Positions 18,849 to 42,562 of a stretch of DNA of 64,000 bases are shown here, one piece after another. The DNA comes from the human T2T-CHM13v2.0 reference genome, Homo sapiens. The DNA lies in assembly GCF_009914755.1 (NCBI RefSeq), contig NC_060928.1; one strand, given 5' to 3'. Both the position numbers and the translations under genes were made by a program. Every line of letters begins with the position of its first letter. Position 1 is the first letter of the stretch. Under the pieces are notes generated by a model. That model ran no database searches and was not told the origin of the DNA. It was given only the letters and a program-made list of their open reading frames with translations.

Positions 18849-19578
18849 TGAGACAGAACACGAGTCTCACACAGGAGCATCAACTCTGTCAACACAAGCC
18901 TTCAGGCTTTTTGGGTGCATCTCACATATGCTATTCTTGAAATCCATTACATGACATCTCAGATGCTTTGCCATCTCAGCCATCATCCCCTACTGCACAG
19001 CAAACCTTGGAGCCATAACCAGATGTTCCTTTCCATCTCCCTAGAGGCACTCACAGCAAGGCCTGCGTGCACCTGCAATTACAAGTGGTTTGATCAAATG
19101 ATGCGAATGGATAGAACAAGTCAGCTCTTTCTTGAAATCTGGTAGATCCAAGCTAGCCTTCATACTTTGCAGGGAGGAAGAGAAGGATTAAGGAGAGAAA
19201 AATCAATAAAAACCTCTCATCTTGACCTGATTTTTTTGCAGCAACAGGAATTTGTCTTTAATGTCAGCTCACGTTCACATGCCTTCATCTTCTGAGTCAC
19301 ACTCTGACTGAGTCACACTTGCCATTCTTAGCCTGTATAGAAGTTGTCTGGGACTTTCCTCCCTCCACCCTACACCTCCCTCAGAATGTTACTGTCTACC
19401 CACACTCATCTGGGAACTCTCATTTGGAATGAGGGGAGGGAGGCACAGTTTTGCTAAGAGGCAGAATAAAAGCATGCCCCGGGTGCCAGCCTCCAGCTGC
19501 CTGGGAACCCAGTCTTTGTGAGGTGGTTTTATTTGTGAAAGTCGTGATTCTTAACTTCTTAACTTCATTGCATGTTAG

Positions 19579-19908
<330 letters not shown>

Positions 19909-20266
19909 TTGCTGGCTCCTTTTGAAAGCCCTGTCATAAACTTACCTAGAAGTAAGCGCTCTCTTCTCTGGCCTTACCAACTGCGGCTACAAGTAATCAA
20001 TGAGCATGGGAGGAGTGTCCCCAGGCAGCATCTGGCACCAATTATTATTGGATAGTTCAGGGGCCAGGGGAACCTCAGCCCATCCACTGCCAGGGACGGA
20101 CTTGACAGGATCCTTGCCCAGCAAGCCTCCTTTTGGTCACAAAACTCAAGGAGTCTGGTTGCCAGCCAAACTCCTTGAGTTCTGCATTTGTGGCTCATTC
20201 AGTTCTGTGGAAATGGCAGCATGGCTCTGTGGTTGATAGCCTGGACTCTGAAATAAGGCCACCTCT

Positions 20267-20643
<377 letters not shown>

Positions 20644-20805
20644 TCATGTCCACCTCACAGGGTCACATGTTGAAAGTGTTCAGAATGGTGTCTGGCAAGA
20701 ATTGGGTGCCATTAGAACAACTAGTCTCGTTTCTTTCCGTTAAAGATCCTATTTTTTGCAGGGGGGTGAGAGGTAGAGTCTTATGGATAAATGTTAAGAT
20801 TTCTG

Positions 20806-21290
20806 GGCCGGGCGCGGTGGCTCACACTTGTAATCCCAGCGCTTTGGGAGGCCAAGACTGGTGAATCACAAGGTCAGGAGTTCAAGACCAGCCTGGCCAA
20901 GATGGTGAAACCCCGTCTCTACTAAAAATACAAAAATTAGCCGGGCATGGTGGTGGGCACCTGTCATCCCAGCTACTCGGGAGGCTGAGGCAGGGAATTG
21001 CTTGAATCTGGGAAGAGGAAGTTGCAGTGAGCCGAGATTGCGCCACTGCACTCCAGCCTGGGCGACAGAGAGAGAGTGCCTCAAAAAAAAAAAAAAAAAA
21101 AAGATTTCCCTAAGAAAAGCAAAAAGTGGACTTTCTCATTAAGGAAGTGGTGTGCACTTATAGTCCCAGCTACTTGGGAAGCTGAGGCAGGAGGATCACT
21201 TGAGCCCAGGAGTTCAAGGCCAGCCTGGGCAGCATAGCAAGACTCTGTCTCTACAGAAACAAACAAACAAACAAACAAACAAAAAAACAG
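20806..21290 (+). mobile_element. AluS (20806-21102) plus FLAM-like monomer (21140-21290)
   Basis: Alu consensus; (AAAC)n tail on the monomer. Confidence 0.9.
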
Positions 21291-21618
21291 ATGAGGAAAC
21301 AACGTGTATATACTTAAGCATCTGTTTCCCTATAAAATACTAGTTTAATGTGGGATGATTATTTATTTCCTAATATACTGGGTGTATTACACCACCTAGA
21401 ACTTAAAAGGTTTTTAATAATTCCTGCAGAATTAAGTGATAGAAGCAAGCACAGAACAAGTGACCTTTGATCTCAAGAGTTTTTCTAAATTAATCTGCCA
21501 TTATTCTTTACCAATATTAAATCCTATACACATGGTAGTAATTCAAATTATTTATCTCTAATAATCTCAAACCCCAGAATCTGCATTAGAATGAGGGAAG
21601 AAGTTAAACTATAACTCC

Positions 21619-21910
<292 letters not shown>

Positions 21911-23059
21911 TAGACTATAACTCCTAAATGTCAACCAAGTGTTTAAATTCTTATTTGTCTTATTTGTTTGAACTTGCTTTTCAAAGTTTCCTGCCCAGGC
22001 TCCCCAACTTACACAATTTCTTTTTGACTTCTCCCCCATTTTTTTAAATCTCTTTAAGAGACAAGTACATAAAGCACCCAGCAGAAAGCCTGAAACAAGG
22101 AAATTTTCTTCATTTAACATTTATTAAAGCAAGGGGATGAACAATATAGCCTTTATTCTCCAGAAACAAACAAAGCACCTCCCCCTAAATCCTCAGGGAA
22201 GCTACGCAGATGGAAGCTCTAGAGAGCACCTCCCAGTGTCCAAGCTGGGCAACTGGTTGAGAGTGGCTGGGTTCCACACACCAGGAAACCTGTGCAGTTA
22301 CAGTGCGCGGAACCTTCCCCACAGATATGGCCCCATGTCTTGCTGTGTAATGTTAAAGGCGAATATTGTCAAGCTGAATTGTGTCTTTAAATATTTCAGA
22401 GATAACAAGAGTGTTGCGATTTTTGTTTGTTTGTTTGTAATATTTTGACTCACCGTCAATCAGATTACGCATTTTATTTCTGAAATATTCAGTGAGTTTT
22501 CTCACTCCTAAATAGTAGCTTATCTCTTCAGTTGAAATACGTGTTAGTCCGTAAAGGTCCAGATCGAATACCATTTCTCCCGGAAGTTTTTTCTAATTGT
22601 TCCAGCAAGAATGTCATGTTCCCGCCACTAAAATGCCAAAGCAGTTAATTAATTTAAATTCTACCACTCTCAGGGCACACGTCTTTTCATTTCGTAGATT
22701 TTTCTTCTTCTTTTGCACGTATATCTTCTGCTCCCAAAGAAGAGAAATAATTTTTGGTCACTTTCAGCACTGAGCTCATTGCTCTCTATATAATAGAGGC
22801 GCAATATCTAATCGTTAAATAAATAAAAGCTGCCATTGAAGTTGCAAACTATTAAAAAATTTTATTATATCACAGCTGAAACCAATCTTCAGAGACAATT
22901 TTATCCTTAAAGCTGAGGAAAATTGCTTCATTAATTGGCTTACTCCAAGTCACACCTCACATTTCTTAGCTCCTACTCTATTCTCCAATATTTCTTTACT
23001 GAAAAAACTGCTGACAAATTATTTAGAAGGTATATGTGTGTGTGTGTGTCTGTGTGTGT

Positions 23060-23625
23060 ATTTGGAGACAGGGTCTTGCTCTGTCACCCAGGGTGGAATG
23101 AAGTGACAATCATAGCTCACTGCAGCCTTGAATTCCTGAGCTCAAGAGATCCTCATACCTCAGCCTCCCAAGTAGCTGGGACTATAGGCACACATCACCA
23201 CTCCTAGCTAAATATATATATATATATATTTATATTTAGAGACAGGGTTTCTCTATGTTGCCCAGGCTGGTCTCAAACCCCTGGTTTCAAACTGTTCCCC
23301 CACTCTTCGTTTTATTTTTTAATTTTAATTTTTTTATTTTTTTTGAGATGGAGTCTCACTCTTGTCGCCCAGGCTGGAGTGTAATGGCACGATTCCGCCT
23401 CCTGGGTTCAAGCGATTCTCCTGCCTCAGACTCCCAAGTAGCTGGGATTACAGATGCTCACCACCACGCCTGGCTAATTTAAAAATTATTTTTGGTAGAG
23501 GCGGGGTTTCTCCACGTTGGCCAGGCTGGTTTCGAACTCCTGACCTCAAGTGATCCCCCAAGTGATCCGCCCACCTTGGCCTCCCAAAGTGCTAGGATTA
23601 TGGGTATGAGCCACCGTGCCTGGCC
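23060..23625 (-). mobile_element. AluJ (23060-23300) plus AluS (23310-23625)
   Basis: Alu consensus. Confidence 0.9.
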
Positions 23626-23974
23626 TCCCCAACTCAGTTTAGCACCTTCTCACTTTTCCCTCCCCCTAGTCCCTGGAAACCACCCTTCTACTTTCTGCTT
23701 CTGAGTTTGACTATGTCAGGTAACTTGTAGAAGGGGAATCATGTGGTATTTGTTCTCTGTGCTTGACTTATTTCATTTAGTATAATGTCCTCAAGGTCCA
23801 TCCATGCTGTAGCATATGACAGGCCTTCCTTTTCAAGACTGACTTGAATATGTATAGTATATTCAAGAGAGTATATTCAATATAGTGCATTCAATATATG
23901 TATTGGTATGTGTAGATCTCATTTTCTTTATCCATTCATTCCTCGATGGACATTTAATTGTTTCCTCATCTCCG

Positions 23975-24268
23975 CTATTTTTTAAATTGTTTTGAGACGG
24001 GGTCTTACTCTGTTGCCCAGGCTGGATTGCAGTGGCACTATCACAGCTCACTGCAGCCTTGACATCTTGGGCTCAAATGATCCTCCCACCTCAGCTGGAC
24101 TAAGGACCACAAGCATGGACCACTACGCCTGGCTAATTTAAAAAGAAGTTTTTTTGTAGAGAAGGGTCTGGCTATGTTGCCCAGGCTGAATTCCTGCTCT
24201 CAAGCAATCCTCCTACCTTGACCTTCCAAAGTGCTGGGATTATGGCATGAGTCACCATGCCTGGTCCC
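23975..24268 (-). mobile_element. AluJ
   Basis: Alu consensus. Confidence 0.88.
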
Positions 24269-24619
24269 TCATCTCATAGCAATTGCCCCTATTTTGGATT
24301 TCCACCAACGGGGTTCCAATTTCTTCACATCCTCCCCAACTTTTGTTGTCTGTTTTTTGTTTGTTTTCTGTTTTTTGATAATAGCCATGTAACAGGTGAG
24401 AGGTGCTCTCTTTGTGATTGTAGATTTGCATTTCCCTGATGATTAGTGATATTGAGCATCTTTTCATATACCTGTTAGCCTTTCTATGTCTTCTTTGGAG
24501 AAATATCTGACTCTTTGGTCCATATTGTTATCTGGCTATTAGTTTTTTTGCTATTCAGTTATAGAAGTTCCTTATATATCTTGGGAATTAACCCCTTATC
24601 TGACATGTGATTTGCAAAC

Positions 24620-25789
24620 AGAGTCAGCCCTCCAAATCTATGGGATCTGCATCTGTTGATTCAATCAACCGTGGATCAAAAATATTTTTTAAAAGACTCA
24701 TTATGGGGCCAGTCATGGTGGGTCACACCTGTAATCCTAGCACTTTGGGAGGCGGAGGTGGGAGGATGGCTTCAGGCCAGGAGCCTGAGGTCAGCCTGGG
24801 CAACATACAAAGAACATATCTCTACAAATAAAATAAAATAAATAAAAACTATACAGGCATGGTGGTGTGCACTTGTTGTCCCAGCAACTCAAAAGGCTGA
24901 GGTGGGAGGATCACTGCAGCCCTGGGGGCCTGAAGCTACAATGAGCTATGATTGCACCACTGCATTCCAGCCTGGGTGACAAACTGAGACCCTGTCTCAA
25001 AAAAAAAAAAATTATGTTCCTTACCTTGTTTAAAAATTGTTCTTTCTAGCACTTATAACTACTTAATATATATCTGTTTTTGATCTTATGCTTCTCCTTA
25101 CTAAAATATAAATTCCATGATGGTAGAGATTTTCCTTTATTTTTTCCTAATTTCTCATTTATAAAGAAAAAGCTGGGGTGTTCATGTTATTTGTATTTCT
25201 TTCACATGTGTGGTTCTTTGATCTTCTGAAAATGTTATATAATATTTTATAATTTTATCACTCCTGTGCCTAAAATCTCTAGCAATTCCCATCGATTACA
25301 GAAAGAATTTCAAAACTTGGTGTAACACAGAAGCCTATTGTGATTGGCTCTCTGCTCACCCTCACCTCCAGCCCGACTCCCACTTCGTCAGGTTCTACAG
25401 TCTGCCAAAACCTCTAAGTTTTCTATTTTTGAAGTTTTTTTGTATTTAGAATGTTAACTATTTGGATGCCACATGCAGAGTGTGGGGGAAAAAAGCAAGA
25501 GCATTAAAAATACTTTAATACTTAAAAATAAATAATAAATGTGAAAGTCTGCAAATGTAGGCTTTTTTGGGTCATTCTCTAAACAACACAGTATAACATC
25601 GATTTACATAGCATTTACATTGTATTAGGTATTACATGTAATCTAGAGATGATTTATAAGTATACAGGAGGATGTGCAGGGTTAATGCAAATATTATGTC
25701 ATTTTTTTTCCGGGACTGGAGTATCCCTGAATTTTGGTATCTGCAGGAGGTCCTGGAATGAGTCTCCTGCAGACGCTGAGGGGCCACTG
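24620..25789 (-). mobile_element. MER2 (TcMar-Tigger) element in two parts (24620-24695 and ~25530-25789)
   Basis: Termini AGTCAGCCCTCC and GAGGGCCACTG; internal CATAGCATTTACATTGTATTAGGT..TAATCTAGAGATGATTT. Confidence 0.8.
24707..25011 (+). mobile_element. AluJ
   Basis: Alu consensus; short TSD ATTATG. Confidence 0.9.
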
Positions 25790-26177
25790 CATTTTCTTTC
25801 GTTCCGCAGAATATGCATCTTCACGCTGTCGATCGTTTCCTCTGCTGTGCAGGAGCTTTTTGGCTTGATGTAGTTCCCTTTGTCTGTTGTTGCTTTTTTT
25901 GACCATGCTTTTAGTGTCACAGTCATGAAATTCCATACTTCTTCTGTGCTTTCATCTACACAAATACATATGTCAACATCTATAGCATGACCTCTTATTT
26001 TTAGGAAAAATACACAAATAGTGGAATATAATTTTTATTATTTAGACAAACTATTTTTGAGGGTAAAAATTTATTTCCCCTTAATGTCATATAATGGATG
26101 TCATATCATGTTAATGTATGTAAACAGATCTGCTTTTTAAAAAATGTCTATGTAGTAAGATGAAGGGCTATTATTTT

Positions 26178-26486
<309 letters not shown>

Positions 26487-26831
26487 CTATTATTTTAAGT
26501 ATACATTCATGTAAGACTGCTCCATAATTTCAGAGTATATATTTGACAACTGTTGCAAATTCTCTTTCCTAGAAATATATAAATAAGGTGAAAAAAGCAA
26601 TAAAAAAGGAAACATATGAGTAGAAATTCATACTTGGGAAAAAATAGACACACTCCCCCCTGCCCACGCACACACACATATATCCTGTATTTATCTACCT
26701 GGAATATACTTCGGTATAAGTTGCTGGGTAGAGATCAACTGAATTTATTTTTCCAGATGACTCCCTGACTTTCCCTAAACTGTGTGTTGAGTAACCTATC
26801 TTTTCCAGACTGGCATGAAATGACAGATATA

Positions 26832-27726
<895 letters not shown>

Positions 27727-27971
27727 TGATAGTTGTGACAGTGACCCTCTTGGAGTACTCCTAGCATCACCCTCTCAGGAGAGAAAGGCCAGAGAAGAAG
27801 CTACTTGAGTTGTTGATCTCAGAAGCCGTGTCTGGTAGTGTGATTGGGTCATATATTTTGGGAAGGCTGGTCTATTCTATGAATGCATTTCATCTATGAA
27901 TTAAGCCCAAGCAAAATGTTGAGAAAGATGGTAAGGAAGTCTGCCTTCCCAAGAGTGAATGTGGTCAGTGA

Positions 27972-28344
<373 letters not shown>

Positions 28345-28976
28345 GCAATGTTCATTTTATTGAGATAACTGGAAATTTTCACCCACTCACAAGTCAACAA
28401 GTGGATGCAGTATAGTGTGTTGACAAAAGAGAAAGACTGGGAGGTAGGCGCTCCAGTTTCCTAGTCCTAATCCGGCGTATGTGGTAAGTGAGTATCAGGA
28501 GACGAATTTAATTTATTCTAGCCTCAGTTTTCCTCAGCATCTGTAGAAGGTAGTTGGACTATATGATCTCTTGACTTCCAGCTAAATATAAGACTATGAT
28601 TCCATAATAATATAGTTCCTCTATTCATTTATAACTCATTAACAGAAAAATCGAGCCACGTGCAAAGAATTCTTGTAGTCATCAATGAATAACACGTGGT
28701 TATTGTGTTACGATGCCTATAAAATAAAAAAAATTATCTGGAAGAGGGAAACGGGATAGAGCAGATCAGTGTGACTTGAACAGAGACTATGCCAGCCTCC
28801 CTATTCCAAATTGGAATACTGGCTCTGTGATGTGCTATAACTGTATTGTGAGGCTTATTCTAATGATTTTGGTAAATGTTAAAGACTCCTCCTGGGGTTG
28901 TGTTGAAATAACACACTGAATGGAGATGGTAGTTCATAAATTCTTTTTCTAGTGGTGGCAGTTAGTGTTATTGTAG

Positions 28977-29615
<639 letters not shown>

Positions 29616-31238
29616 TAAGACTCTTACAAGACTAACTCATAGCAATATTCTGAAGCTGTGACAAGTTAGTATCCTGGAGGCTATCTTGGTAGAGGTTTCA
29701 TGATGCCACCCTGATGCCACCTCTCTTCCTCTTTACAGTAGTATAACTCTTTGCTCTTATTTTTTCATAGCTTAAATTCTCATCCTAGCAATTCACGTAT
29801 GCTTTACAAGGGATGTATAGGATTGAAACATTTTGAATTAATGATTTCAGAAAGGTGAGTTTTGACTAGGAGAAAGGAAGGTGGAGGAAAAAACATTCTC
29901 AGCCAGAAAACTTCTTTTTCCCAAAGTTCAAGATAAGAAAACATCCAACATCCTGTTGGAGGTAAGTGGGAAAGAAGTAGCAGTTGGAGCCTTGAAAGTC
30001 AGAAACCAATGAACGGAACAGCCTGAGTAATGGACCCGACTCGTGGAAGGCTGCCAAGCTGGAGAGTGAGGGGACGGAGACAGAAATATGGCGTGATGAG
30101 TTCGTGGGAAGGTCAAACTCGCTGGCCTTTGAGGAAGAGCTTTTGAGGTGCAACTTCCTGGCATGCAGTGAGCAGAAGGCAGGCCAGGACAGGAGCTGAC
30201 TCCCGAGCAGGGGACACAGTGAATTTGTGGCATTTGTTACCAATCTCGGAGTTCACTGTGCACAGTCTCCACACTAGGCATTTACTTTTTCATATGTCCG
30301 AAAAAATGTCTGCACACTTCATTTCTGTCCAGTAAGAACTGATAATCAGGGATTTGAAGGGGCCTAGTTTGGAAATTTTCAATGGGTGAAAATAAGTGAG
30401 CAAAATTACATTTATACTAAAATATAATTCTTTCCATCTGCTCCATAGTGGGATAGCTCTTGAGGCAACTTCCAATTAGAATGTCATTTTAGATGCTTTC
30501 CAAGATGGCAGATGGGTGAGTACTAGGGTGTGCAGGGAAGATCAATAAACAGCTCTGGCAATTCATCGTGCGCCTAACACCAAGGAATACTTCAGTGGAA
30601 GAGCTCTCATTTTGTTGGGATGAATAAAATTAAATAAAAGTACACAGTACCCAATAAAGGAACAAAAGCTTAGGCTTTGGTCAAGCAGAACAAAAGGGGC
30701 TAATGAGAAAAGGACTATGTATTACAGTTTTCTTCTCTCAGTTCTCAACTAGGTTTTATTAGTGGAGTTCCCAAAAGATTTGGACCAAATTTCCAATTCA
30801 GATATTATTAGAGATCATCAAAACTCAAATCTCTTTACTGGTTTACACCAAATCACCCAAGCTTCCAGCCTAAAACCCACATGCTCACATGGTTCCACAG
30901 TGCTGTTTATGTACAATAACCAGTTCTCAAAATGGTAATCCTGTTAGAAGCCAGAACCCTCAGCCTCTAGCATGTGTGCTTTTCACTGAGATAAGTCTCA
31001 AAGTTTGGGGTTGGTGAGGAGCCCAGTATACAGGAGTTCCACATTAAGTCATAATTGGCTTTGTGTTGGACAGTGTATGTCAGCTGGTGAAATCAGGCAC
31101 AGAAGAGATAAGGGTTTCTTGTCATAACAACATAGCAACAGGTCACCCGCGTGTTACTCAAAACTGTAGGACGGCAGTGAGGGCTTTGCTAATCCCAGAA
31201 CAGAGGTGTAACCTGGCTGCATATCCAGCCTCGAGAAA

Positions 31239-39047
<7,809 letters not shown>

Positions 39048-39146
39048 GGGGCGTGCCCTGAGCCGTCACAGCGGGCGATGTCTGAGACCAAGACACAACT
39101 ATTAAGACGATGAAGGCATCGACAGTATTAATGTCAGGTGATCTGA

Positions 39147-39152
39147 AATAAA
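39147..39152 (+). terminator. Polyadenylation signal AATAAA of TRIML1
   Basis: First AATAAA, 100 nt after the stop codon. Confidence 0.75.
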
Positions 39153-39873
39153 CTCCCGTAACCCCACCCCACCCCCAAGAGTTTCCATTAACTTGATCCC
39201 ATTATGAACAGCCACATTACACAATCAACTTCAACCCCAATAGAAGAGAGCTGATCATATTCTGTGTCTTTAAGTAAATGTATTCTCTGGGCTACCCCAT
39301 GTGTGTGCTGGTCACTCAAATATTGAGCCCCTATTACCATGAATCCTACTGCCATAGGCCAGATTTTATAAATATATGTCACTTTTTCAAGTGTATTTAA
39401 TTATTTGACTCTTAAAAACTGTGCTGCTCGAATGTGTCTTTGTCCTCCGTGCAGAGCTCCGCATGCTGGGGCAACGCAAATCCATCTGGGGAAACTGAGG
39501 CATGGACACATCTTTTCAGGGTGTGTGAGAGGGCTCAGATCTCATCCTTCTCCCAAAAGCCATTTTCCTTCCCATCCCATGAGCCTGCAGTGTTTGTACT
39601 CAGGAAGGCTTATATGTTCAGAACACTGCAAATATTTGTGTGAATGTCGTCATACCATTCATGCTTCCATAATCACAACAGGCTGGAACCTTCCATTAAT
39701 ATGTTAAAAGGTGACAGAGCAAAGTGTCTGTTCAGTAAATGTATCATGACACGGGATGCCAAGCGACTATATTGCATTGTATATAAGGTTCTTTTCGGTG
39801 CTTTTGTGGTTTGCTGTAAGCAGAAGGCTTTCAATCTCCAGAAGGCCAAAGAGCCTACCCTCTTCTTATCTCA

Positions 39874-40893
<1,020 letters not shown>

Positions 40894-41469
40894 CAGCCTT
40901 TGTTTTTAAATGGAATGTTCCCTTGCTAGTACTGCAGAATGTCCCCGGTCACAGAGGGTATCCCTTTACCTCCTCTCATCTCTCAGATAAGCCATTGTCC
41001 TAAGGCAGGCAAGACAGTGGATACGATTTAACCACCACTCCAGACTGTGTTATTACTAAGATGTTTAGGAAAAATGTTTATCAGAGTTTTGTCTGTAAAT
41101 TGGAGACTCGGTTGGAAAGAAATTAATAATTCAACCTGTTAATCAGCACACAAGGCCTTAAAAAGAGGTCTGTGAAATAAAGAGGGTTTACTGTAGGGTG
41201 CGCTTATCCTTCTCACCCATCTGAATCTGCTTTCTCTTGCCACTCTATACGTTTCAATCTTGTGTCCTCGAAGGCAGGGGAGCAAAGAAGAAACAGGCTC
41301 AAGAGTCTGGGAAATGCTGTCTCCTGTGCTTTGCATTCACCATTTAATTCCCACCCTGAATTCAGCATTTAATTCCCACCTTGACATCACGCACAATCAG
41401 AGTTTGAGACTTGCAGAGGGGAGCCCAGCACGTCCTCCTTAGACTATCTGTGGCCCACTGTGTTTCCTT

Positions 41470-42104
41470 CTTATTTATGTATTTATTTATTTATTTGAGA
41501 TGGAGTCTGGCTCTCTCGCCAGGCTGGAATGCAGTGGCGCCATCTTGGCTCACCGAAACCTCTAACCCCTGGGTTCAAACGATTCTCCTGCCTCAGCCTC
41601 CCGAGTAGCTGGGACTACAGGTGCTCGCGCACCACCATGCCCAGCTAATTTTTCTATTTTTATAGAGACAGGGTTTCACCATGTTGGCCAGGATGGTCTT
41701 GATCTCCTGACCTCCTGATCCGCCCACCTCAGCCTCCCAAAGTGTTGAGATTAGAGACGTGAGCCACCGCGCCCGGCCTTATTTTATTTATTTTTAAAAA
41801 TTATTATTATTATTTTTTGAGACAGAGTTTTGCTCTTTTACCCAGCCTGGAGTGAAGTGGCATGATCTCGGCTCACTGCAGCCTCCTCCCCACAGGGTTC
41901 AAGTAATTCTCCTGCCTCAGCCTCCTGAGTAGCTTAATCCCCATAGGCACGCACCACCACACCCAGCGAATTTTTGTATTTTCAATAGAGATGGGGTTTT
42001 GCCATGTTGGCCAGGCTGGTCTTGAATTCCTGACCTCAAGTGATCCACCCGCCTCAGCCTCCCAAAGTGCTGGGATTACAGGCGTGAGCCACCGCACCTG
42101 GGCC
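41470..42104 (-). mobile_element. Two tandem AluS (41470-41778, 41780-42104)
   Basis: Alu consensus. Confidence 0.93.
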
Positions 42105-42562
42105 CCACTTATTAGACAGATTTTATATCTTGATTTCTCACCTCAAAAAGCTAAGAAACAAAATGATAAAAAGCAAACAGCAACCATTTGGAATACATCT
42201 TTTCTCAATTACCAAAAATCCCAGTTTTGTGGAGGGACTAAATAAATACAAAAGTAATACATTTTACTTTGTGGGCATTACATCTCATTGTAGCATAATC
42301 CAGTGATACATCCTTTCCTTTCCTTCTTTGTCCCAAAGTGGTAGATACTGACAAAGAGTCTAGCCTAATTTTTCCTTTGGCAAAATCATCCCCAGTGGCT
42401 CTTTGCTGCACCATTGTGTACACAGGGCCTGCCACTGATGAGGTGTGTGGGGAAGATTGAATCTATAGGATCAACCTTTGGAGTTTGAATAAACCACCAA
42501 GAAAACTTTGCAAGAAAATTGCCACTCACAGTTTCTGGATACAAACTCCAAGGTGATGAGAC

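Larger units (their letters stand above)
23650..25935 (-). mobile_element. Old L1M element (ORF2 end/3'UTR) split by AluJ and MER2 insertions
   Basis: TTTGCATTTCCCTGATGATTAGTGATATTGAGCATCTTTTCATAT and TGCTGTGCAGGAGCTTTTT are antisense L1; collinear across the MER2 insertion. Confidence 0.8.

Noticed and set aside
41336-41385. 25-bp two-copy tandem duplication (CATTTAATTCCCACC)
   Set aside because: Ordinary slippage duplication with no functional signal
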